NCBI GenBank assembly: GCA_000320545.1
Contig: ADNK01003121.1
Coordinates: forward strand, 1-64,000
Direction: 5' to 3'
Source of the DNA: Bigelowiella natans CCMP2755
Taxonomy: Eukaryota; Protista; Cercozoa
Length of the DNA stretch: 64,000 bases
Shown: in pieces, positions 27,842-40,055 of the stretch
Layout: every line of letters starts with the position of its first letter
How positions within the stretch are numbered: position 1 is the stretch's first letter
The notes under the pieces: model-generated
What the model saw: only the letters and a program-made list of their open reading frames with translations
Databases searched by the model: none
What the model was told of the DNA's origin: nothing
Made by a program: the position numbers and the translations under genes

Positions 27842-28086
27842 GTACTATCTAGCTCACTCCCTAAGAGAGATAGCAATGCTCTGTATTGAATTGAAAGCAC
27901 ATGAGATTGCAACCAAAAAGAACTGTTGTCAGCGATAGACTCGAATGCAGTTTCCGGTAAGAAATGCCGTTGGCTTTCTGATTTAGCCTCACGGCCGGTG
28001 GACTAAAAACTATCGATGTTTTCCGATGTTTTCCGTTCGTCTTGAAACGTTTATAATTTCGATGAATGTATGCTGTTCAGATCTCA

Positions 28087-28179
28087 TGAGGCAACAGACT
28101 TCACACGTTAGCAACCTACGACTCTTCACACGTTCTTTCTATCCGGTATGTATGTTCTAGTTGTTGTATTAGGATTTTC

Positions 28180-28217
<38 letters not shown>

Positions 28218-28438
28218 GTTTGTCTCCCATGTTAATGAAAACCGATTTATGATTAAAATGAAGAGGGCAGGAACCCGTCGTTTGAGTGTGTGCTGGCACC
28301 TATGTGGGTTGTATTGCATATTTTCCTTCCTTCTTCTTATTTTTCCAACTAGGTGGAAGACATCTCTGAAGAGCAGAAGGCAAGACAGTTGAAAGTAATC
28401 AGTCCCTCCCCCTGCCCTTTTATTCTCTTCTCTCTTTC

Positions 28439-28480
<42 letters not shown>

Positions 28481-28714
28481 CCTCCCCTCCATTGTGCTAC
28501 TTCTGTACCAAATGTGGGGTGTAGCCACTTGAATATACCTGGCTATCACGCTTTTGAATGGCAGCATCTTCTAGTAGCATAGGCGCTGCTGGATTTACGA
28601 TGATTTCTTGAGTTTCTCCTCATTGGTTATCTAATTTCATCAGCATGAGTTGGACATGATGAATCTCGATGACTTCGGAAATGCGAACACAGAAATCCCG
28701 GTATTTATGCAAAT

Positions 28715-28761
<47 letters not shown>

Positions 28762-28918
28762 GCCCCCCCTTTCTATGTACAGGTGTCTGGGTGTGTGCGC
28801 GCGCTCGTGTGTGTGGGGGGGGGGGGTGTGGAGGGAGAGGGTGGGAGGGTTAGCGTATTGGATGAGAGTGTTCGTCGTCTACGCTTCTACCTTTTCTAAG
28901 CATTGAGCGTTTATTATA

Positions 28919-28951
<33 letters not shown>

Positions 28952-29895
28952 GATATATGCTATTTATAAATCAGGTGATCATATCGATCTTCAAAAGAAA
29001 CTACCCGGAAGTGCGCGAAAGCTTCCTTTACTATAGTTCGCTCGTATATGCCAACACGCCAGCGGAGGTCACTTACATCCAGAACACGCTCGCCTTTCAG
29101 CTACTCCGATGCGACATGATCATCACCGTTTGTTTCCAATCACATCGTGAACGTCTTTACATCCTCGCTCACTTTTGAAGCTAATTCTCTCTCTTCATTC
29201 CACACGGCCTTCTTCCAGCGCGTTGCGGTTGATTGAAATACACCGATGTTTCTCTCATTTATTTTCGTTTCCTCCCCTCTCCCGTTTGGTTCTATTATTC
29301 TTTGGGTGTTTGAAGGCGAATATCATCCACATGGACCAAATGAAGCATATGATGAAGGATGCAAAGCTTATGGTTAGAGCTAACGATCGCTAGCATTTCT
29401 TTCTCGCGACGGGCTTCCTTTTCCTTGCATAGTTTTCCTCCTCTATGCTATTTTCAGCAATGTTCCTCCCCAAATGCTCGTGATGGCCGTGGACGCTCTT
29501 CATTTGTGTTGTGCTCTGTTTGCTATCATTTCAACCAAGGTCAAATCCTGGGATGTGGAGGAGGAGATTCTGACGTTGAAGAAGAGGCAAGGTATAGTCT
29601 AGTAGTGGTAGTAGTAGTAGCAGTAGCAGTAGTAGTAGTTGTTGTTGTAGCGTACAAGTCGTAGTGGAATAAGGAAGAGGAAGTAGAGCTGGTTTTATCA
29701 ACCGTGTGAAGGAGAGGGGCGGACAGCACATCTTCGTAAGGATGACATAGCGGAGAGAATAGTTATCCTCTGAGCCTGACGAGAGTACTACTCATTTATT
29801 CGTCTCAGTGTCTTTGGGAGAAGCAGGGTCTTTCGGAGTTCATGGTCTATCACTCGACAAAATTTTGCCTGTCTATGTGTTTTTAAGTAGTGTTG

Positions 29896-29942
<47 letters not shown>

Positions 29943-29971
29943 GTGTGTGTATGTGTGTTGTGTATGTGTAT

Positions 29972-30009
<38 letters not shown>

Positions 30010-31977
30010 AATGAGACACACAAAAACATCGAATAAATCCATCTGAATCGCAGTACATCCCGTACCGATCTAATCTCTCGATGTTGTCATAAAGGGGTGA
30101 ATCGAGCTGGGTTCATGGAAGTTCTCGTAAGGTTGTTCCCCAACACTTTTTAGTGAAATGCGTGTTTTTGGAAAAGAAAGGCCGGGTTGTGATGATTGGT
30201 ACCGAATTTTGTGGTTTGCGCACAGGGTCGCCGCCATGCACTCCAGAACTCTTTCCAAAGCGAAGTTGGACACCTCGGACTGGTACTGGACGAATACATA
30301 GCATTAAATGCCATAAGAAAGGAGATGACTTTGGAGTGTAGAGTCGAGGCCGAGAGTCCGCATTAATAATAATAATACTCGGTGAAACAAAAATGGGATG
30401 AATACAAGCAAATTTGAGGGGGGGGCAATACAATAATGGTTTTTACTCCGCGACGCAAAGAGTAGTAGCAATACGCTCTGGTCGTTGCTTTGGCTTAGGA
30501 ATCAAACAACAGCTCGTTAATAATAAATAGTATCCTCTTTTTTCTGTTTATCACGTTCTCCAAACTACCAGGCTACTAGAAATCCTACAGAAGCACCTTC
30601 GCGACAAGGTGCTAAAGCCGAGATGGCAGGAGTTCCAACTTCGGTATCGCTTGAGGCAAGAGGCAGTGCAAAAGGTATTTGCGTGGAAGTAGCAGTGTGC
30701 AGATAGGTGGATAGTTGTTGGGATATATATGAAAATGTATTTTTCCTTCTACGTGTATACACGTGGTTGTCTCTTCCAGGTTTATACGAAATACATGGAT
30801 AAACTTTGGCGTGTATACAACAAATACGCAATGAATGTCGGGATCGAAACCAAATTGGTACACTACCACCATTTGTCATTCATTGCCATTCTCTGCTGAA
30901 GCATCAAACCAAACGTGCATTGGCGTGATCTTCTGGGCAAACGCAATAAGGAATGAAGCTTTATTCGCATCCAAAACCGCCGTTTTTCCCCCCTAAGTAG
31001 AGGGCAGGATCACAACAGTCCCTTTGTTCAGTTTCGGCAGATTTTCACTTCCTCGTATCCGCATATGTAGGTGCATCCAATAAACACTACTGGTTTGTTT
31101 AAGCTTTTGAAGGTACTGGTTATTAGCTGATTTCACCTGATAATTGTCGATGTTTTGAGCGATATGTCGTAAACTGGATCATTGAGATGTCACACAAGCT
31201 TGTTGTATTTTATGAAAACTTCCAAGTCCGATGCGAACGTGTAGATACTACGACACGAATTGCCAGTATTCAAAGATAACGATACATCATTTGACCGACA
31301 GGACTGTTTTCCAGAAGTCACATTTACCAAGAAGGATTTCGTCCATTGGTTCGTTCCAAAACTATTCTTTCTTTCTCTGATTGTCACTTCCATTCTTTCC
31401 GTTTGAGAGATTACGTCTACATGCGCTAAAAATGCTCTTCAGTGAGATTGATTAATTCATGCTCTTCAGTCGCATTTTCCTTTCTCTTCTGATGTGGCCA
31501 TTCGTTGTATTCTTTTTTTGCCAATATGTGATATTGTACCACCAGGTTTATGATGAGTCGGGAAGAGGCTACAGGCGATGGCGGAGCGCGAGAGTAAGTG
31601 TCTAAACTAATTTGACGGGCAATGGATTCGTTGACCTCGTCGTAGCAATTCGTAAATCGACAACGTTGTAACCTCTACCCCTTGTTCAAATACTATGCTG
31701 CAGCCGGCGAAGTGGCAAGATCAATGGAGCAGATGTTTATTGGAACGAATTCTTGGAGGTCCTTGCCCGAATGGCCTTATACCATCATCCAAAGGTTGGT
31801 TTGTAGCGCAATAACGGCACAATTTTCGATCGTATCATTACCAGAGTACAATGGATATGTTGTTGCTTTCTATCTCAAAAACAACTTTCTTTCATTCAAA
31901 GTCAATATTTATTTGGTTTTCAGTCGACCATAGCAATCGCCCTCGAAGCCTTGCTCAGCAAAGGAAAACTCAAATAA
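28087..31977 (+). CDS. Uncharacterised multi-exon protein with degenerate EF-hand-like helical repeats
   Basis: Exons read VIISIFKRNYPEVRESFLYYSSL, IHMDQMKHMMKDAKL, LLEILQKHLRDK, VYTKYMDKLWRVYNKYA and FLEVLARMALYHHPK. The terminal exon reads STIAIALEALLSKGKLK* (31977). Confidence 0.55.
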
Positions 31978-33207
31978 TTCCATAGTTTGCCTTGTCAGTG
32001 GTTATAGTCTCTTCGTCGTCGAAAAGTGTTGATATGTTGTGAATCGCTCTGCGTCACTGATATGACTTTCATTCTTGTGTTTAAGTGTCATGACTTTTTA
32101 ACCAACATTCATGGATGTAGTGTACATGTGCATAGTTAAATATATGTTTGAAGTGCACAAAGTCGCATGTAAAAACATTCTGGGAAAAACCGCGATTGTC
32201 TTATTCGCTAGAACAATGTAGTTTTCTTGGCAAGCGCAGAAGCATAAAATAGTAAGCCCCCATGCTGCCGCGGTAACCATGTTCCGCACAAATCTCGTAA
32301 TGACATATTGCTCTAGCATAATAATGTGCACATTAAGCAATGCCACAGGGAACATCTTTCATATGGTGGTGCGCCAAAACAGTAACAATACAACTGCTAC
32401 TATCACTGCTACACCATGCACAACTACCTTTTTCCTACACAATACCCAATTATGATTGGCCACCGCACTACCTAAAATAATAAAATCCAGCATTTCATTG
32501 CAACGCACACACGCTGCACCATTGCACCATGTATTTCATGTGATAGAGAAATCTATGACAACACCATAATTAAGGGCATTTTAAAGCACATTATGCACAA
32601 ATTGCATTTTGCACCATATATTCGTAGAGTGTGTTTATTTTTTGTACGTGCGATGCGTGCACGCTAGCACGCATGTATGTGAAGCGTGCCCGCTTGGATT
32701 ATATCCGTGCGGTGATGATAATGTCGCGAATGTGCGCATACTGATACCATGTGGTGTATGCTTTATTTTTTGCACAATTGAGACGGATGTTGTGCATTGG
32801 TGTGTTTGTTAATTTGTAAATGCTAGAGTTGTGCCCTGGCTAGTTCCACAATGGACAGATAGACATGCCAGTAGTCTCAGCAGATCATGATCGAGCTGCA
32901 TGCAGCCATGCACATCTTAGCTTCGTCACTTAAAATGAAATTAACGGGAAACTATGTACTAAGGGCTCCAGTTTTCAAGTGTATGTTCTACCCAATGAGA
33001 CTACACATCTGCATACACGTTGAATTTGTATCACACAAGAGCTACTGTAGGAAATATTTTAGTGAAAATGCTTACACACTAGTCTTATAAATGAACATAA
33101 GGTTTGTATTTCATCATAGAAATCTCTCTATATCCTGTTTCGGTTTCTTAGATTCTTATCTATTTTTCTTTTCTTAGATCGCACTTAATGAAATGGACAA
33201 AGAGTGT

Positions 33208-34130
33208 CTACATCATCACGCAGCACTGACTTTTTACTGGTGTGTCAATGATGTCGTCTGCTATTTTTTTATCCACAGCAATAGGGGCGACTTGATCTCC
33301 AACAGATGCTTTTACATACCTGTCGTCTTTTAATTGGCTGAATCCCTCTCTACTCACCCAGAACCATGTTTCCTGAGTTTTGTCCCAAACAACAACAATG
33401 TTGCCTTTTTCCCGTTCCTCGTTGAGTTCATCAATCCGTTGTTCTAAGATTTTGGCGATGCGGTAGTAGCCCTGTTTCCTGACCTCTGCTTCTTCCTTAT
33501 CTTCTAACTTAGTTCTAATATTCTTGCCTTCGGTTGTGTCCGTTTCCATGGCCTTCATATCTTTCTCCATTCTCCCGAGCATCTCCGCCAAGTCTTTATA
33601 GTCTTCAGCTGTGCCGCCAAAGTCATCTGGGATGATTCTCACAAGTGTGTTCATTCCTGCGATCTCAGCTCCTATCTTAGCGAGGAGGACAACGTAACTC
33701 ATGTACTTTAGCACAGGAGCAATGGCAGCCAGTGTTTCCCCCGGAAACCCCACAGTCGTCTTGTGCAACACACGCCGTTGAGCACCTTTGATAAGCATCG
33801 GCGTTTCATCTAGTATATAGACAGTGTATCTCCTCACCAGATCCATCTTCTCACCGGCCTTCTTCACACACCATTTTAATTTTCCCAAGATCCCATTCCA
33901 TTCTTCGCTCCAGTCGTCACCAGGTACAATGAGCACGCTGCGTGGGGTTTTGCGAGCCTGGTCTCCAACGTCATCAGACACCATCACAATCAGCTTGGCG
34001 AGTTTGTTGTAGTGGTCCTGAGCATCCTTTTTAAGGCGCTGTTCCAGGTCTTTGATTGCCGTTTTCAGCTCTTTCACTCCCCCTATTATGTTTTCCTGGC
34101 CCGCTTTGCTTTGATGTACTGATATCAGGC
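33208..34130 (-). CDS. Uninterrupted terminal exon resembling the post-COR C-terminal region of Roco/LRR-GTPase-like proteins, ending in CaaX (CCVMM); upstream exons not found
   Basis: 289-aa ORF with TPRSVLIVP...YTVYILDE...H...FPGETLAAIAPVLK...W.WVS and the C-terminus KSQCCVMM*. The frame stays open upstream to candidate acceptors near 34118-34130. Confidence 0.55.
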
Positions 34131-34950
34131 TGTCAAAGTTTGCGGGAGCGGAATCAAGTCAAAGTTGTAGTATATTGCATGCGGGGGGTTGCTGGTGACG
34201 ATAATGCTGAGAGAGGTAGAGCGACATTCGAAATAAGAGTGAAGAAGTGGTTTTAGCCATCCTAAAGAGTAATCCCCACATGCAGCGTGCATGATAAGCA
34301 TGTTATGATTGTCTAGATGTTGCATGTCGTATATATCACCATCCGCAATACTTCACATGGTGGCATTTATTAGCAGTCATACATGTAAGTAGCATGAGCC
34401 TGCTAAAGCAAAATCTAGAAAATGCTGATACGGATCGAATATATCTAAAACTCAATTAATTGATACGAGTAACTTAGATATAATAATGTTTGTAGTGCTT
34501 GCAGCGCGGCAGAGGCATGATAGCGTGAGGGGCAATGCCAGGCGTTTATGTATGGTCAATCCCCTGCTGCTTTGGACTTTGCTAGTTTGGATGTACACAC
34601 ACGTACGTATCTTTATCTTTAAACATTATGCTAGCATGACTAACCGCAGCGAATGTACGCATGCCGGCGACCAAAGGCAAAGAAACATGATGCAACAGTG
34701 ATTGTCATGTAGAACATGCTAGCAGCATGCCTACTACACTCATTCGCATATGCACCACAATAATCCGCCAGACTAGCAGAGCTAGCTAGCCAGCATCGAA
34801 TGTGCACGACCGCCATGCAGCAGTGGCAACATCCAGCGCTAGCCATGTTTAGATGTTGTTAGACGTTTCTTGCGTGATTGCAAATTGAACTGGTTAACCA
34901 ATACATTTCTTGCAATGATGGCCATGATGATGGTCGTGCGATAACTGAAA

Positions 34951-35865
34951 CTACTCGTCATGCATTGCTTGCGAACAGCCTCCATTTCCAGCCGGGACAC
35001 AGGCACAAAGGCGATGACGATTTTGATTTTGCATTGGTATTTGGTCACATTTAAAAGTGCTGAACAACCTATTTGCTGCTGTGCCAGAACACTGGAGAGA
35101 TGTCGATGTTTTGCTCCCGAGCACTTGAGGAACCGCCCCTCCAGTTCCAAAGTTGGTGCTATAACTGCTACAACTATTTGCACAAAAATATAGAACCATT
35201 TCCAAACATCGGTTTGATATGAGATTGCAGCGTTACAATCTAATTTTTTATAGAAAAAGACTGCTAGAATTCTCTCCAACTTTGGCTCACAATTAGGCAA
35301 ACTTTCGAACGTGAAAAATACGAATTAACATCCAATCTCTCTCGCAATATCATCCAAGTAGACCTTGGCCATCCAAGACTATTCAGAACTTGATTCATTT
35401 CAGCTAGTGTATCAACTTGTGGGTTGAGGAGATGTAGAGCTTCCTCCGTGCATCTATAATCAATCTTTTCACAAGCTGTCTTACAAGTGTCGTCAGCATC
35501 GGCAACGTGCCATCGCGGATGGCAAGAGCAGGTCTGTTATCAAGCATACCAAACAATTATTCAATCGATTCCTCATCTCATTTCGAAAGAAAAAATCCCT
35601 TGGCAACATACCCGTTTGGTTATAGGATGCGAAGAGCACGTCTCGCCTTTGTACTCGAAGTTGACCTGAAGGGTTACGTAGTCGACGAAGCAACAGGAAT
35701 CATCCGCCACGGTTCCAAATGTATTGTGAAACTCGATGCTTGCAGTCGGGCCAGAGGCGGTGAAGGTCACCGACTTCGCCAGAAATTCAGTATCGCTGGG
35801 AGTTCCAGTGAAGAGAGTGCTTCCTGCGGATGAATACAAATCATAAGTGTGAGCTTATAGATTCT

Positions 35866-35907
<42 letters not shown>

Positions 35908-37198
35908 GTTTGTGTTCGAGTTGACGAAATACTTCATGTGGAATTTATTTATATCTCTCCATCTCAATCCCCAAATCCTAATATTGTCTCAATATTATGG
36001 GTGAGCAGACCTCCAACTTTGACTGAGAGTGTACATTTAGGAAAACTTGGACGCGTCGCGTAAAGAAATGAGATCTTATACGACATTCCTGGCGTGACTG
36101 AAACAGTCTGCTTTGCAAATGCACCAAATTTCTTCAAACCCATATACTGGTTTCCAGAATAGGAATTTAGTCCGCCGTAGGAAGGATTGTTTTGTGGAAT
36201 TAAGCGCGTTTCTTGGGTTGTCCAGCTATTTGGTGAAGCGGACATGTGGGAAGTCACAGCTGGATATTCGAATCCACCATTAAGAAGCGGCAGAAACGAT
36301 TCAAAGTGGTCAGCGCTTGAGCCAGGAAACGATACGGGGCTGAATACTGGAGTGCTTGGACCGCTTGCTCGTTCGTTCGCGCTCTATCAAACATGAACAT
36401 GATGACTTAGTTTATTATAGAAGGAATTTCACAGTAGAACCATAGAAGTAGCTGCGTGGCTACTACGTTGCGAGTATGCATATGCTTGCGAGCCTTTTCT
36501 CTGAGCGCGGCAGAGCAACAACGTACCGATGCTGTCAGGTAGACATTGTTATAATTTCCACACAGCGCCTTTATCGTCACCGCTCCCGAACCCGCACTAG
36601 GTGACATCTGAAACGACACACGACCCATCATCGAAAATTTCTTATTCGTAACTGAAGTACGAGATGGGCATACCCAAGTGTATTGCTGCGTTGTCACTTT
36701 GGAGTCCATACTTCTGCAAGTTGGGGACGAGCTTGATCCCCCAGAAGTAAGAGTACCAGCGGATACCACCTTGAGTAAGGACGAATAAGATGTTGTCAGA
36801 AACCACAGTGCTTCCTCTGAAGACACACACGGGAAACAACGAGCTTACGAGCTTGTTCGCAAGTTGGAGACCGCCGTGTTGTACTGTGATAGTGTAGCTG
36901 GTAGAGGTGGAGTACTCAGTAGGAATGCCACTCATCGAACACTTCGTTGCATCTTCCTGCAATTAGAGTGAACTTAGATTTACGATCCTCCTAGGCAGAA
37001 TTATAGACACGACGTAATAATGTGACACGACGTAATATTATGTCTATTATCGGAACTCACCTCCAAAGCTGCTGCATTCATATGTCCAAAGCTCTTGCCC
37101 CTAAACCAACCGGCTGCATTGCAGTCGTATCTTGACGGCCGAGCCTCAGCGCCACTCAGAAAGACGAAGCAGAGGATGGACTGCAGCGCTGCAGCCAT
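34951..37198 (-). CDS. Secreted protein: signal peptide, Reeler-like domain, DUF642/galactose-binding-like domain and Cys-rich module
   Basis: Signal: MAAALQSILCFVFLSGAEARP. Reeler-like: PTEYSTSTSYTITV...YTW...SPSAGSGAVTIKALC. DUF642-like: LLNGGFEYP...W...QTVSVTPGMSYKISFLYATR...VTFTASGPTASIEFHN...FVDYVTL. Cys module: WHVADADDTCKTACEKIDYRC...FKCD...RHRLCAC. Confidence 0.65.
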
Positions 37199-38199
37199 GG
37201 CTGGGGTTCCCACGATGCGATTATCTTCTGCGACTTGTGATTTCCTTGTCGCAGTTAATTCATGCACTGCCAAATTTACACTGGGATGATGTACAGGTGC
37301 TCGTTATTGCCAGAGATTCACATTTCTCTTGCCTTGTCTCTGCAGTTACAGCACGGTACTTTTAAGTCGATCGGAGAGTAGATTCGAGTCTCAGGAGAGA
37401 CTCCCAAAAGTCGGCTTGCAGCTTGCCGCTGCCTTCAGCCAAATGCCTCTGCAAGTCGTCAAAATTTTCTCTTTCCTCTGAGGCAGATGGAGGCGAAACA
37501 AGCCCTTCATTTTCCTTGGTGGCCTTGTTGATTCGGGAGGAAGTGAATCGAATGGTTTGGCACTTTTGATGACCTGCCTGTCTAGCTGTGTCAGCTGACA
37601 AGCCAGCGGGTTTTTGTTTCACAGAATCACTCCATCCATTCTGTGGCATTCATTCATGCATTCTCAACTGCCACCATGGAAACGCTTCAATTCATCATTC
37701 ATGTGATCGCACACGCCACGCAGGACCACCAGAAGTGAGTTTGCGCATGCTCGCGAATGTCCATGCGGATGTAGATGTACTCGCTTATGCATTGCCGCGC
37801 GCATGCAACACGCACAGTCCAGCTAGAGAATGCACAATTGTTATACATATTGTAGGACGTTGATGTTGTTCAAAATCGAGATTTCAATAATCATCAGCTG
37901 CAGTTACGGCAGTGATGACAACGTCTAGAACATCTTGTGCGTTTTGCGCAAGGCTTATAGGCTAGTAGGGCGCCATTGACATTAATCACTGCGTGCATGC
38001 ATCCATCCAACGGCCAACGTGAGTAGATCCACAGCTTAGGTGAGAGCATACTGTGCGAATTTGCTCATAATAAGGTCACAAACCTGGCTTTCATCATATA
38101 CTCATACTAAGCTATCCTTCAGCAATATCGCCGCACAAAGGCATCTTCAATTCTCCATTGTAACTGGTAGCCCCAGCTCCCCGCTTGTGAACCTGTTTG

Positions 38200-39413
38200 G
38201 TTGTAACTTGAGCGGTAGTGGCGAAAATCTTAATGGTAAATCATGGTACTTCATAAAACGAAAGTTCATTATCATCGATTGCGAATCATTTATCGTGATC
38301 ATAGTTACCGCTAGTGCCTTTGGGTCAATAATGGGAATATCCGTGCTTGCACTGGAAACAAAGACACAAGGGAAAATATGCGAACAATAAGAATTTACAA
38401 GTGAGAATGGTTAAAATTGGCTGCGAATATGATTACCTGAAAAGATTAATTTATTTAAAATATATATATCTATATAACTATCCCCTCACTAGTTCCTTCG
38501 AACTATTCCTCTATTGTTCCGTACGTCACTTAGACAAAGACAAATACATATATTACGGGTAGCCGCCCCGAAGAACTCGAAAGTCTTGGTAACTGTCTCC
38601 AAAATTGTTGTCATTTTCATCATTCCGCCTCAGCCACAAAGAGGATGAGGATGAGGATGGACCTACACAGAATCAAGGAAACATTCAATATAAGGCAGTG
38701 TGAGTTGGTTTATCGCTTTATCAAAATAACAGCGCTACTGTTGTCACTACAACTCCCTTCTACTGCCCCCATTGTTTCTTCTTCTCCTACTACAGCTCTT
38801 CATCAATAGTTGTACCGTTATTGTTCTTCCTTGCCTTCTTCATATATTTCCTCCCTTCTGTGCACGTACGCATAAATTACAAAACATTAGTAAATAAGCT
38901 TCGGAGAGTGATCAAGGTTTCTGCTATGATCAATGCCCTTCATTCATGCAGAAAGGGAAGAAAAAAACACCGAGATGGAATTATTACTTTTGCACGCAAG
39001 CAACTGGCTGCTGCTACTGCCATCGCCAATAGTCACCCGAGAAGATGATGAAGGGGAGCAGCAAGAGCACAATGACAGGTACTTTCCGCAGACAATCTGT
39101 GGAAAATATCACAGAGAGGAGCAAGCGGGGGGAGGGGGAGGGAGGAGGAATCAGAACTGAAATACACATTTGAGGTTGTTGGTTTCCTCCTACCAGTAAT
39201 AAGCACACGAGCAAGACCATTCGAATGGTTAGATCTTGATAATTCTCATCTAAGCACTCGACTAGAATGAAGTAACAGCAGGGGAGGAAGCGGCAATAGC
39301 AGCAGTGGAGAAGAAACACATTTATCTGTTAGAATGTGACTACTACTACGACTGTGGAACAATTGAAATAGGATGTGGCGGCATGGTAATAAGGATGATG
39401 ATGATGATGATAG

Positions 39414-39447
<34 letters not shown>

Positions 39448-40015
39448 AACCTAGAGCTGCACATGCAAGCCCGAAGAAAAAACCGGCGACAACTTCTTGT
39501 GATCGGTGCCCTGATGAATAATACGTATGATGGAAGGCATTGATTCGTAAACGACCATCAGACAGATAAATAAATCAATAAACAATTGGTAATATCATTC
39601 TGTATGGTGTTTAGTCCTGCCAACAACACCTCTGCTTTGTTCAACAATACGATGATGGCAAATAAAGATTAAAGAGCTCGAATCTTCGTTATTGGCTATA
39701 ATTTGAAGATCTTCTTAGGGCATTAAATACCACCCATCCCACCCCCTTCTTCCTTATATTATAAATCAAATTCTCATTACCAAGTTTTTCTTTCAGAGGG
39801 GACTGCCGCAAATTTTCGAACATCTAAACATGAACATAATGAACAACAATGGGAGGGGGAAGCGAAGCGTAAAAGTCGATGCCACCACCCCCTCCTCCCC
39901 CCTTCACTCCCCATTCCCCTTTCATCGAAGCAAGTAAGGATGCATTACTCTCATTGTATTCGTGCTTGTTGCCCGTCGTAGGCCGGCATTCTCCATCCTC
40001 ACCACCTGTGCGTGT

Positions 40016-40055
<40 letters not shown>

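Noticed and set aside
33208-37198. Single receptor gene joining the secreted modules to the CaaX exon
   Set aside because: The Cys-rich module completes and stops at 34951; the apparent TM segment is in a different frame.
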